Virus record (IMG/VR): IMGVR_UViG_3300029813_000075
Span: 9,554-73,553 of that record
Strand: one strand, 5' to 3'
Length of the DNA: 64,000 nucleotides
Source: a virus
Positions 34,103-43,638 of the stretch are shown one piece after another. The notes beneath the pieces were generated by a model. It ran no database searches. It was not told the origin of the DNA and saw only the letters and a list, made by a program, of their open reading frames with translations. The position numbers and the translations under genes are program-made. Every line of letters begins with the position of its first letter. Position 1 is the stretch's first letter.

Positions 34103-36022
34103 ATGAGTCTGCGCGATAAGCTCGACAATCTGGATGATCTGTATGACGAGATTGAGTCTGACATAGACAAGAAGAAACGAGCCATCAAACAGAGAATGAC
34201 TGATCTCGAGGATCAGGAAATGTTCGGCACCTTTGAGTCAGATCTTGTCAAGGAGTTTCTTAACAAGCCATATGTTATACTGCCACGTGGCACGAAGGAA
34301 CAGGAGTGGTTGATGATCATTCCCAAGTTCTTTGACTTCAACGTTGGATGGCTGTTGCAAAGCACTGATAGTTACAATGTGTTCATTGTCAACAAGTACG
34401 CTGACTACCTGGGGGCTGTGCCTAAGGAGTTCCAGGGACTGTTCAAGTTCAAACCACGAATGCCGCTCAAGGTACTCGATGGTGTCATGCTGACGGGTGA
34501 GGACCATCAGGATGCTGCCTGGGAGAGATACAAACGTTTCCTCTCAGCCAGGAAGGGATCTGACGCCATTCGTATTAAGAAGGGCAAAGCATTTGATCTG
34601 ATTGCTGCGTTGATTGATGATGGCATTCTTCCATTCATGCGTAAGCCAGTGGCAAAGGAGCACAAGAAAAGGTCAGTGTGGACACTTGGGCATCTTAGTA
34701 CGGATGCCATGAAGAATGTAATGACAAGATTAGAGATGAAATTCTTCAAGGATGCTATGAGCAAGTTCTACAAGACAGGCGCAGTGGGTGTCTATTGGGC
34801 GACAGGCGTGGGCAAGACTCTGATTGGCCTAGAGGTACTTAGCAGCGTGCGGGTAGATGATCGCCCCAATGTGGTGATTAGTGGCACCAGTGCGGCCTTA
34901 CAATTACAGTGGCAACAGAGATTGAGCAGTGTCAAGTTAGCTGCCGAGACCATAGTGGTGCCCTTCCAGAGCTGGCACAAGATCAAAGATATCGATGTGG
35001 GTGTCATGATTATAGACGAATGCCATCATCTTCCAGCTAATTCATTCAGTAAGATCGCCACCATGAACTGTGAATATCGAATGGGCCTTTCTGCCACTCC
35101 GTACCGAGAGGATGGTAGATCTGACTACATCTTTGCCCTGACAGGATTCCCCATTGGTTTGGATTGGAAGGTGTTGATTGATTTGGGTCTCATTATCGAA
35201 CCCGAAATTACATTGTACCTGAGTGCTAACTATGCTCAGAAACGCAAGAAGTTGGGCGAGTTGCTTAGAGATCCAGTAAAGACACTGATCTATTGTTTCA
35301 GTGTACAAGAGGGCAAGTCGTTGAGTCGTGAGTTCAGCATTCCTTTTGTGTATGGTGACACGCCAGTGAAAGAAAGACTCGAGATTATCAAGAACAGCCA
35401 TCAGACCATAGTTAGCAGTGCTATGGGCGAGGGCATCTCTGTAAGGAACATTCAGAGAACCGTGACTTACAACTTCTTGTTTGGTTCTAGGCAGGAAGAG
35501 ACGCAGTTCTTTGGCCGTCTGCTACATGGTGTCGAGAAGGGCAAACATGTCATTCTAATGACGGATGATGAGTATGAGAGGTACGGCAAGCGTCTCTATG
35601 GCATTCAGGAAAAGGGCTTCAAGATTGCAGTGATTCGAGTTGGCGGGTCTGTAAGAGCCTCGAGGCCGAAGCCTGCACCTAGACCTAGACCTAGAGCAAG
35701 ACTTGATACACCGTTTCCAGTTTCTCATTTAAGATCAGAGAAGGTTGAACCTAAGGTGACTGTCGATAAATCGCATAAGTATCCATTTCTTGATGAGAGA
35801 GATGATTTCAGTGAGAGTATGATTGTGAGGATATTGCAGTCTGACTATGCTAAGGAAGAGAGAGGGCTGACAGTGGCTCAGATCAAGAAGATTCTTGATC
35901 ACTATCATGTCGATTATGGTAAGTGGCACAAGATTAGAAACACTGTCAGGAAACTGTACGATAAGAGAGATATTGGTGCTAAGAGAGAAGGCAAAGCACG
36001 CAGGTATTTCATGACGGAGTGA
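34103..36022 (+). CDS. SF2 helicase, XPB/Rad25-like, with C-terminal winged helix
   Basis: ATGVGKT, IIDECHH, GLSATPYREDG, EGIS, QFFGRLL. Confidence 0.88.
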   Translation: MSLRDKLDNLDDLYDEIESDIDKKKRAIKQRMTDLEDQEMFGTFESDLVKEFLNKPYVILPRGTKEQEWLMIIPKFFDFNVGWLLQSTDSYNVFIVNKYADYLGAVPKEFQGLFKFKPRMPLKVLDGVMLTGEDHQDAAWERYKRFLSARKGSDAIRIKKGKAFDLIAALIDDGILPFMRKPVAKEHKKRSVWTLGHLSTDAMKNVMTRLEMKFFKDAMSKFYKTGAVGVYWATGVGKTLIGLEVLSSVRVDDRPNVVISGTSAALQLQWQQRLSSVKLAAETIVVPFQSWHKIKDIDVGVMIIDECHHLPANSFSKIATMNCEYRMGLSATPYREDGRSDYIFALTGFPIGLDWKVLIDLGLIIEPEITLYLSANYAQKRKKLGELLRDPVKTLIYCFSVQEGKSLSREFSIPFVYGDTPVKERLEIIKNSHQTIVSSAMGEGISVRNIQRTVTYNFLFGSRQEETQFFGRLLHGVEKGKHVILMTDDEYERYGKRLYGIQEKGFKIAVIRVGGSVRASRPKPAPRPRPRARLDTPFPVSHLRSEKVEPKVTVDKSHKYPFLDERDDFSESMIVRILQSDYAKEERGLTVAQIKKILDHYHVDYGKWHKIRNTVRKLYDKRDIGAKREGKARRYFMTE

Positions 36023-36399
36023 TAGAGATGCTGAATGTAGTCCAATGTCCTAAATGTGATAGAGATATGATTTGTGAGAGCTTTTCAACAGAAGGTATTT
36101 GGTCATATCGTTTGAAATGTCCTAATGGGCACATCTGGACCTTACAAGAAGTGAAAGATGAGCCTAAGCTGATAGATACTTGCACATTCTGCGGGAAGCC
36201 TCTCTATGATGGTGATGATTGGACTAACTACCTACCAAAGGAGATAGTCATAAAGAAGGGACAAGATGCAGCAGATGCTTACATGCATCGTATATGTAGA
36301 GCCATATGCCCCAACTGCGAAAGAGTCCATCCTACCAGTAGGCATCAGCATGATGGTATTATATGGGCCAGACTCAAGGAGGAATACAAAGATGGGTGA
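36019..36399 (+). CDS. Multi-zinc-finger protein
   Basis: CPKC..CPNGH; CTFC..HRIC; CPNC..H. Confidence 0.65.
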   Translation: MIEMLNVVQCPKCDRDMICESFSTEGIWSYRLKCPNGHIWTLQEVKDEPKLIDTCTFCGKPLYDGDDWTNYLPKEIVIKKGQDAADAYMHRICRAICPNCERVHPTSRHQHDGIIWARLKEEYKDG

Positions 36400-36925
36400 A
36401 GAACCGAAGCCAATTGGCACTGACGACTGTGGCGAATACTACTTCGAGCATGAGAGTGACGAAGAAGTGATGGCATGGATTGACGCACATGATCCTAAGT
36501 CCAAGAGGTTCATGAAAATGGGTCATGATTTCGGTGACAAGATGGTTCCAGGAAGAGGCATTTTGAAAGAGGATGTGACATGGCGGGTGTATGAAATTGA
36601 AACATATCTTGTCTATTCCAAGAGATGCACTAAGGTACGACTCTGGCGTCAAATGTACCCAGACACTCCGTTTCCTCATGAGATTGACATGGACAGAATG
36701 AAATTTTGGCGCATGTGCAAAAAGAGACCCATAGTAGTTCAGGTCAGAGATGTTAGACCCGATGAAAGTGAGGTGGAGACCTTGGAAGGATTCAAACCAT
36801 GTGACCCGAAGGTGCATTACATAATGAAGGGTGTGGATGGTGAGGAATACCCAATTACGAAAGAGATATTCGATAAGACGTATGATATGATAGTGTTCGA
36901 CTTTGACGACAAATGGGGTAATTAA
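36392..36925 (+). CDS. Phage protein with C-terminal PGDYG-like domain
   Basis: KKRPIVVQ...ETLEG...YIMKGVDGEEYP.....FDKTY; ATG at 36392. Confidence 0.7.
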   Translation: MGEEPKPIGTDDCGEYYFEHESDEEVMAWIDAHDPKSKRFMKMGHDFGDKMVPGRGILKEDVTWRVYEIETYLVYSKRCTKVRLWRQMYPDTPFPHEIDMDRMKFWRMCKKRPIVVQVRDVRPDESEVETLEGFKPCDPKVHYIMKGVDGEEYPITKEIFDKTYDMIVFDFDDKWGN

Positions 36926-36927
36926 CT

Positions 36928-37215
36928 ATGATGTTCGATGAAAGACGTGATCGCACACAGGACAAGGGTTGTTGTGTGGTCTGTGACAGATGTACGTGGT
37001 TTGCTAGGGCGGGCCAGTTCTATAAGATAGGTGACAAGATGTTCTGTCTTGAACACTATCTTAAGGCAAGGGTGCTGTACCTTGGTTCATCCACACCGCC
37101 TGAGTCCCTAGACCCGATAGTTAACAACCTCAAGAAGCAATGGCGCGCTTCTACTAAGTCTGGCAAGAAGAGCAAGAAGTCCAAGAACAAGGCAAAGCCA
37201 ATCAAGGCAAAGTGA
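36928..37215 (+). CDS. Small zinc-finger protein with basic tail
   Basis: CDRC...FCLEH. Confidence 0.6.
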   Translation: MMFDERRDRTQDKGCCVVCDRCTWFARAGQFYKIGDKMFCLEHYLKARVLYLGSSTPPESLDPIVNNLKKQWRASTKSGKKSKKSKNKAKPIKAK

Positions 37216-38224
37216 AAGGATGCTTCGCAAAGTACGGCTTCCATAGGTTGGCGTAATGGTCTCTGATTGAGTATTCTACCGTGTCTGTTATCTCACCGTA
37301 TAACTTCTGTGACGGTATCTTTGAACATATCAGTTGGGAAACTGCATAGCATAGAGATACAGCCAATATCTTCGGATTCTTCCCAACGTAGTCGCGGGGA
37401 GTTAATTCATCAGCAACAATTCTGACTGCCTTTTTCAGTTTCTTAAAGAATTTGCTATGGTCTTCGCCCTTTCTTTCTATCCTGTCAGTCAACACAGGAC
37501 TTCTCTCAAGATCGGAGATCATCTTGGGTATCCATTTCTTGAATGATGCTGCCATATGGAATGTGATATCCATATTGTCTTGCATCCACACCTTGTATCT
37601 GGTAAGATAGCGGGGTTTACTATTTGGTATATACACGTCAAGCACCTGCTGATCAGAGAATGGTGCTCTTCGCTTTCTCAGCACTGCCACCAGGCATGTG
37701 CAACCAAGTCTGGCGTTATTGACGAACATGTCAGGAGACTTCAATTTCATTTGCTTTTTGGTCTTTTGAAGAAGATATGAAGCCTCATCTCTAATGGAGT
37801 ACGATATCCCGAGCACTGAGCATGTTCGATTGAGCCTTATCAGGGATCTAAACAATGGTTCATTGGAACCGATCTTGGTACTCATCTCGTATCTGTATTT
37901 CAGTCTGCGGAACTTTGTTTGATTGGCTGGATGCAATGGCTTACTAGCAGCGTCAAAGAATCGTCTCTTTGCATGGTGCCCCATGTAGCTCCCCATTCCA
38001 TCAATTATGTTTGGGCGATTCCCAATCGACACAAACTGAGTTGCTGGAGGTTTGTTCTGTTTTATGATTTCGCCTGCTTGATATGTTGGATTGACCATAA
38101 TCCGATCATGGACTGTCCCACATGTATCACAGACCATGTATCCATTGATTCTATCATGGGTGAGTCCACTACCGCAGTGTTTACATATTCCGTTCCCTGG
38201 CTTCACTTGTATTTGCATTGTCAT
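37202..38224 (-). CDS. tfb: Transcription initiation factor TFB (TFIIB family)
   Basis: Zn ribbon CKHC..CDTCG.V, B-reader-like DGMGSY.G, two cyclin folds (RTC..LG...IRDEA; GKNP..LA...Y), C-terminal HTH SQK...VEYSIRDHY; likely ATG 38224. Confidence 0.92.
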   Translation of the reverse strand: MTMQIQVKPGNGICKHCGSGLTHDRINGYMVCDTCGTVHDRIMVNPTYQAGEIIKQNKPPATQFVSIGNRPNIIDGMGSYMGHHAKRRFFDAASKPLHPANQTKFRRLKYRYEMSTKIGSNEPLFRSLIRLNRTCSVLGISYSIRDEASYLLQKTKKQMKLKSPDMFVNNARLGCTCLVAVLRKRRAPFSDQQVLDVYIPNSKPRYLTRYKVWMQDNMDITFHMAASFKKWIPKMISDLERSPVLTDRIERKGEDHSKFFKKLKKAVRIVADELTPRDYVGKNPKILAVSLCYAVSQLICSKIPSQKLYGEITDTVEYSIRDHYANLWKPYFAKHPFTLP

Positions 38225-38444
38225 TACATTCCACCGATTTGACATATTTATCAACAAATTCAAGACGTTGCATCCCCTTTGCCCAAACTCGAGGGGGGTA
38301 ACATTCATAGCAGCTTAGTGCTACTATGATGGTGTCAGTCTTGGGAAGCAGATTGATGCTATTGACATTTGGAGTGCCACCACACGAACAGATGTTATCG
38401 AGTGCGATGGCTATCTTGTCAATGTCAACTTTTTCTTTGCTCAT
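38181..38444 (-). CDS. Small zinc-binding protein
   Basis: CSCG...CYEC; first gene of the TFB operon. Confidence 0.55.
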   Translation of the reverse strand: MSKEKVDIDKIAIALDNICSCGGTPNVNSINLLPKTDTIIVALSCYECYPPRVWAKGMQRLEFVDKYVKSVECNDNANTSEARERNM

Positions 38445-38504
38445 TGTTGTCCCACACTGGCATGAGATTGGTCACTCATAAATGTTAGTGTTTGAAAACC
38501 TTTT

Positions 38505-38519
38505 TTACGTACCGCGTAA
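38505..38519. promoter_or_regulatory. Palindromic site TTACG-N5-CGTAA, copy 3
   Basis: TTACG-taccg-CGTAA between the TFB operon (-) and the morphogenesis block (+). Confidence 0.65.
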
Positions 38520-38528
38520 TTACTACGA

Positions 38529-38957
38529 GTGGTCACTATGACAGAAGAGGAAAAGGTCACTGAGGCTGAGACGCCAACAATTGAGACGCCAACAACATTC
38601 AAGGTTGACGAACCCAATATACCTGAGTCAAAATCGGCAATGCTTGTTCGGGGCAAACGCAGAAGTGGGGGCAAAGTCGAACCTGCTGAAGCCGAGATTG
38701 AACTTGAGTGGAATGAAGATTGGGAACCTAGATGCCCCATCTGTGGCAAACCCATAGTAGGTAAGTTTGCAGTCAAATGTCCTATCTGTACTGAGGACAC
38801 AATCATGCATCAGTATTGTTACGATGCACATTGGATCAAGGAACATCGAGATCAGGCAATTGTGGTCAGGATAGAGATAGAACAGCACATGGACAAGCAG
38901 GGCAAGTTCTCAGATCCAACTGGTAAATGGGCAATCTCACATGGTCAAAATGCTTAA
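38529..38957 (+). CDS. Hypothetical protein with C-terminal Cys/His finger
   Basis: Acidic disordered N-terminus; CPIC...CPIC...HQYC. Confidence 0.65.
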   Translation: MVTMTEEEKVTEAETPTIETPTTFKVDEPNIPESKSAMLVRGKRRSGGKVEPAEAEIELEWNEDWEPRCPICGKPIVGKFAVKCPICTEDTIMHQYCYDAHWIKEHRDQAIVVRIEIEQHMDKQGKFSDPTGKWAISHGQNA

Positions 38958-39013
38958 GAACATGTGATGCTAGGTATTCATTGCCCCTAGTTTGACGGGG
39001 CAGGACAAATACA

Positions 39014-39490
39014 ATGGATATGAAACTTCTGGATCCAAGCTTAGGAACCCCAATCGCCTTCCCAACGCTATTGGCTAGCACTACTGGCGTTACAGATATC
39101 GCAATTGAATTGGCAGCTAGTACGGCAGATTACTACACTATTGTAGATTCAATCTACTTTAGTTGTGACTCTATCCCAACAAAGGCTGACTTTACTCTCG
39201 ATTTCGTAGGGTATGACAAGACCTTTGCAGTTGAGTATGATGAACTCGGTGTTGATGGGTTCGTTCCCCTCTGGTCATGGATGGACTTTCTCGACCCCAA
39301 TCCGGCAACCACTACTGTTGCCTGGTGGCTCAATAAGAGCATTGTAGGGTTTGTCATGGCACCAACTGGTGATTCTATCAGCATTGATGGTAGGAATGTT
39401 GCTGCTGCTGACAACTATGTTGGCACTGCCGCTATTGCATTGACCATCAACATACATGGCCGTCTGATTGACCAAGATGTGTTCCACTAA
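39014..39490 (+). CDS. Putative virion-associated beta protein
   Basis: Thr/Ala/Asp-rich, at the start of the head module. Confidence 0.5.
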   Translation: MDMKLLDPSLGTPIAFPTLLASTTGVTDIAIELAASTADYYTIVDSIYFSCDSIPTKADFTLDFVGYDKTFAVEYDELGVDGFVPLWSWMDFLDPNPATTTVAWWLNKSIVGFVMAPTGDSISIDGRNVAAADNYVGTAAIALTINIHGRLIDQDVFH

Positions 39491-39531
39491 TCTAGTGTAA
39501 TCCTAGTGCTTGAGATGCCAGATCTACATAG

Positions 39532-39996
39532 GTGATCTATGTGCCCATACAGATTGAGGTCTCTACAAATGTAGAGCAGGCATCTCCTGCTCATGTTTTG
39601 GTTGTCGGAGCCAGGAAAATAGTCGAAAGTCTGACTAGCAGTTATGATAGGGAACTGCAGAGATACAATAAACGACTCAGACTGTTGACTGAGGACCGTC
39701 TTGTATTGCGTAGCCGTCATTCGTCAGGCGGTAAGGACTATCACAGTCGCTATTTTTATGAGAGATATTGGTGTGAGAAAGACAACAAGATCAAGCAAAA
39801 GTTTGTTGGCAAGGCTGTGCCAGAAGATTGGGTGCCCACTGGTGGGTTCCCTTCAGCACCAGTTAATCCAATTGAAGGACTCGAGTGTTCTTTGATTGGT
39901 GGCAATGCCATAATGAAAGCAGACATGTACGAAAGATTCATCCGTCTGTTCGTAGGTCATTTCGTGACACCAATGTTGGCGTGGAGTGATAATTAA
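39532..39996 (+). CDS. Hypothetical protein (YxY..RYW...KFVGK motif)
   Basis: TAATG overlap with the portal; function unknown. Confidence 0.6.
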   Translation: MIYVPIQIEVSTNVEQASPAHVLVVGARKIVESLTSSYDRELQRYNKRLRLLTEDRLVLRSRHSSGGKDYHSRYFYERYWCEKDNKIKQKFVGKAVPEDWVPTGGFPSAPVNPIEGLECSLIGGNAIMKADMYERFIRLFVGHFVTPMLAWSDN

Positions 39997-41483
39997 TGGC
40001 TGTCTTTCTCAGGGAAGATGATTTCCCGACCCCCACTGAACCGTTGCCTATCGAACTGATAAACAGTGAATCTGCTAGGTATATAGCATCACAGAAGCTC
40101 TTGCAAGAGTTTGGAAGGGGCATAGTCAGTATTCCGAGACCTTCTGATCGAAAGTGGGGGGCTAAGCACGACTATGAGATGAAGACCTACGGTGAGATTT
40201 ACAAGAAGGTTGAAATCGTCTATCGTGGTATTAATGTCACTGCTCAGCACACTATGGCCCCTGGATATCGAATCATAGGAAATGATGCTAGTAATCTCGA
40301 GAGGATTCAAGAATGGTCTGAATACATTGGCTTGCATCACACACTCCATAATGTTGTCAGGCATCTTATGATCTGGGGCAACTGTTTCATCGAGCCAGTA
40401 GTCGACAAGAAGAAGCGTACAGATTGGAACGTAATAGAACTCAAGTTGCTTAATCCTGATACCATGTATGTCTATGCCAAAGAGGTCGGGGATATCATTG
40501 GCTACATTCAACATCCTCTTAGCAGACGATGGCGATGGCAGTTGGGTAGGCTTCCTGATAAGCTTAGATCTACTGGCAGGACATATCGCAGTTGGAAGAA
40601 AGAAGTCAAGGACACAGATCCTAGGGCAGTGGTCTTTGATGCTAAGGATATTATTCATCTCAAATGGAATCCTATGCCAAACTCGTACTATGGTGTGAGT
40701 CCGATTGAGGCCATGAAACGCACTCTCACGACTTACGTAGGCATGTTGCAAGATCTATCTGTCATGATCAGAAGCTATGGCACCCCCATGATTGTATGGA
40801 AGATGGGCAGTCCAGAGAGACCTGCAAGCGAGAAGTTCATGCGTGACTTCAGAGAAGCCATGTCAAAGAGAAACATCGGTGACGATCCTATCATTCCAGG
40901 CATTGTGGAGTGGGAAGTGGTCAGTGCTGGTGAAAAGGCCATGCAGATCGAGCCTTACATCCGAGCACTCAGAGATGATATGTTTGCTGGAATTGCAGTC
41001 CCAGAAGTGCTCCTTGGTGGAACCTCATCAGGTGGGCTTGCTGGTTCTGAGGTTCAGTTAGAAGGATTCAGCAGAAGGATGATTGAAGTCCAGCAGTTCC
41101 TTTCTGATATGTGTAGAAAGCAGTTATTTCCACGTGAGATTGATATCGGAGTTGCACCATTCAGCAGACCCGAGTGGACTTCTATTCCTAAGTTATTGTT
41201 CAACCCACCAGAGACCACAGAACAGAAGTATCTGAGAATATCGACAATCATCAACAGCAATCTTGGCACCATTGAAGAAGGCCGAGAGATGTTGGGTCTG
41301 GATCCTAATATCCCTAAGGGTGAGAGGATGATTGACTTGCAGAAGGAGCTTAAGAAGATGGAAGGTCAGATAGCTGCCACAAGAGCCAATGCAACAGGTC
41401 CGGCCAAGACAACTGATCGCGCAAAGGACAAGACCTCATCTCAAAAGCCAAAGGAGAGTCCGACACCTCAGCAAGGCAGGTAG
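39996..41483 (+). CDS. Portal protein
   Basis: IWGNCFIE, IIHLKWN..YYGVSPIE, GTPMIVWK.G, VPEVLLG; 495 aa upstream of the protease and MCP. Confidence 0.92.
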   Translation: MAVFLREDDFPTPTEPLPIELINSESARYIASQKLLQEFGRGIVSIPRPSDRKWGAKHDYEMKTYGEIYKKVEIVYRGINVTAQHTMAPGYRIIGNDASNLERIQEWSEYIGLHHTLHNVVRHLMIWGNCFIEPVVDKKKRTDWNVIELKLLNPDTMYVYAKEVGDIIGYIQHPLSRRWRWQLGRLPDKLRSTGRTYRSWKKEVKDTDPRAVVFDAKDIIHLKWNPMPNSYYGVSPIEAMKRTLTTYVGMLQDLSVMIRSYGTPMIVWKMGSPERPASEKFMRDFREAMSKRNIGDDPIIPGIVEWEVVSAGEKAMQIEPYIRALRDDMFAGIAVPEVLLGGTSSGGLAGSEVQLEGFSRRMIEVQQFLSDMCRKQLFPREIDIGVAPFSRPEWTSIPKLLFNPPETTEQKYLRISTIINSNLGTIEEGREMLGLDPNIPKGERMIDLQKELKKMEGQIAATRANATGPAKTTDRAKDKTSSQKPKESPTPQQGR

Positions 41484-41538
41484 TTCCTTGTAATCAGGAT
41501 TCTTTGCTCATAGATTACAAAAGAAAACGTCTAAAGAA

Positions 41539-41545
41539 TTATAAG
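41539..41545 (+). promoter_or_regulatory. TATA-like box for the protease-capsid operon
   Basis: AAAGAA-TTATAAG, preceded by the inverted repeat TTGTAATC/GATTACAA. Confidence 0.45.
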
Positions 41546-41593
41546 TCCGATGCCGTAGTTCTAGTTGGTGACTCCTGTTCAACGGTGATTTCA

Positions 41594-43039
41594 GTGCCAC
41601 GAAGGGTTGAGGCGTGTGTTGCAGCCACAAAGCGCACACTACACAAACGATATCCCAAGTGGTCTGACAAGCGCATTAATGATCGTGCTTGGGCAATATG
41701 CCAAGACCTTGAGAACAGGGGCAAGTTGAAGGATAGTGCTGACATGAAGCCCAAGATGTTCTTTGTAGAATCCAAGATCATAAAGAGAATGGGTTCTATG
41801 ACTGAAGCTATGGAGTGGCTTGGTGATAATGCGACTCTCACTCCATTTGCCGAATCTCTTCTTGCAGCTGAAAAGGGAGAAGCTGGTAATACCAATTTCC
41901 CACTTTCTATTACTGGCAGTTACACGACTACATCTCTCGACCTTGACGGAGCTGGATCTAATCATGCTATTTCTGAGTCAACCACAGAAGATCCAGCAGT
42001 GTCAACGCACATCCTGATTGCTGGCACTGCCATCAGTACTGGCACAACCAGGAACCTTCATACCTTCTTGAGCAAAGAGTTGGAAAAGGCATGCCCCACA
42101 CTTGCTGGAAAGCCCATCCAACTTGATCATAGTCACAAGTCTGAGGACAACATAGGTAAAGTACTCGCATCTGCATATGATCGAGACCCTGAAATAATCA
42201 AATACATTGGTAGGATTCGTGAGGCTCATGCCGTTACTCCTGCTGTTTCCTCAGGTGACATAGACACCGTATCAGTCGGTGGCTTTGCCAGGGACATGAT
42301 ATGCAACATCTGTGGGGAGTCTAAGGTACCTGACTCTGCTGGCAGAATTGCATGTAATCATAGACTTGGCCGAATCTACGAAGGCCAACGGGCAACTGCC
42401 ATTGGCATTGACATAAATTTCGTAGAATTATCCGTAACCCCTATTCCAGCCGACCCCAGAGCATCTGCTGGCGTAATGACGCATGACTCAATGCAGTCTG
42501 CGTTAGTTGCTCTGGCCGAATCATACATTGGAGCTGATTCAAGCGTGAGTGAAGAACCCGATCAAAGTGTCCAACTCGTGGAGAAGGACACTCTAATTGA
42601 AAAGCTTCAAGTAGAACTCAAGGCAAGTCACACGCGGGAGCGTAAAAGGCTGGCTGAGGGGATTGCTGAAGCTGAGGTAAAAATGGGAGTCACTGCTCCC
42701 AAGGAAAAATCCAACAGGGTCACTTCTCTTTCAGAGAAGTCTATTGAGACCCTTGAGGAAGTGAAATCTACCGTTGACCGACAGTTGGAAATGTTCTTGC
42801 GAAAGCAGGATGATGAGCCAACTTCGAGAGGTAAGACAATTGAGGAATCTCCCGGAGTTGCCGATGAGTTGACCTGGGGAGAGACCAAAGCCGTTGTACG
42901 TGAGATGCTATTTAATTTTGGCCCGCCATCCGCTAGCGCTAAGCGCTCTACCAGTGGGATGATAGGAGATCCACAGTTTGAACAGCATCGTAGGTACAAG
43001 GAAATATTTGCCAAGCAAGAAGGGGGTAGAATAGAATGA
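41594..43039 (+). CDS. Prohead protease fused to a scaffold-like coiled coil
   Basis: IAGTAIS...TL.GKPIQLDH, VSVG, FVELSVTPIPAD; helical C-terminus; GGTGA RBS before GTG 41594. Confidence 0.85.
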   Translation: MPRRVEACVAATKRTLHKRYPKWSDKRINDRAWAICQDLENRGKLKDSADMKPKMFFVESKIIKRMGSMTEAMEWLGDNATLTPFAESLLAAEKGEAGNTNFPLSITGSYTTTSLDLDGAGSNHAISESTTEDPAVSTHILIAGTAISTGTTRNLHTFLSKELEKACPTLAGKPIQLDHSHKSEDNIGKVLASAYDRDPEIIKYIGRIREAHAVTPAVSSGDIDTVSVGGFARDMICNICGESKVPDSAGRIACNHRLGRIYEGQRATAIGIDINFVELSVTPIPADPRASAGVMTHDSMQSALVALAESYIGADSSVSEEPDQSVQLVEKDTLIEKLQVELKASHTRERKRLAEGIAEAEVKMGVTAPKEKSNRVTSLSEKSIETLEEVKSTVDRQLEMFLRKQDDEPTSRGKTIEESPGVADELTWGETKAVVREMLFNFGPPSASAKRSTSGMIGDPQFEQHRRYKEIFAKQEGGRIE

Positions 43040-43632
43040 CTGATGCTGGAAGGCACGGACTAGGACATTCATATCAACTCACATTCGACCATACGACTTT
43101 CACCACACATCACAGAAGTCTTGCACTTGGATACGTCACGAGTGCTGATCAGACCTGTACGACCTTCGATGCTTCTGCATGGGCTGTTGCCAATGCGATC
43201 CAGTTCGCTGGAATTGCACTGATTGACATACCGCATGTGAACATTGCAGATGTACAGACCAGTTCATGGGCAAGCACTGACTACTCATCTCAGTATGATG
43301 CACTGCCTGGCCCACACAAGTGGGAAGTCACAGTCCTTCACCGTTGCAGGACTGATGCTATTGCTGATGAGACGATTAGCCCAGGAGATCCTGTGATGAT
43401 GAGTGATGTTGCCGATCACGTCACAACACTACTTGAAGAGCACAATGGAATGCTTGGAGTAGCAGCCACCACAACCGCAGATGAGATGTATTCGTGCATC
43501 GGCATAGCGGAGACTGGATGCACTGTAGAAGCAGTCGCAGCAAACCATGATGTGCATGAGGCAGTCTGGGATGCTGAGTTGGGTGAGTTTACAGACGCCC
43601 ATCCACTGTTCTGGGTGCAACTATGGAGATGA
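43036..43632 (+). CDS. Capsid decoration/cement protein
   Basis: Between protease and MCP; ISPGDPV...IGIA pattern. Confidence 0.6.
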   Translation: MTDAGRHGLGHSYQLTFDHTTFTTHHRSLALGYVTSADQTCTTFDASAWAVANAIQFAGIALIDIPHVNIADVQTSSWASTDYSSQYDALPGPHKWEVTVLHRCRTDAIADETISPGDPVMMSDVADHVTTLLEEHNGMLGVAATTTADEMYSCIGIAETGCTVEAVAANHDVHEAVWDAELGEFTDAHPLFWVQLWR

Positions 43633-43638
43633 TCATAA

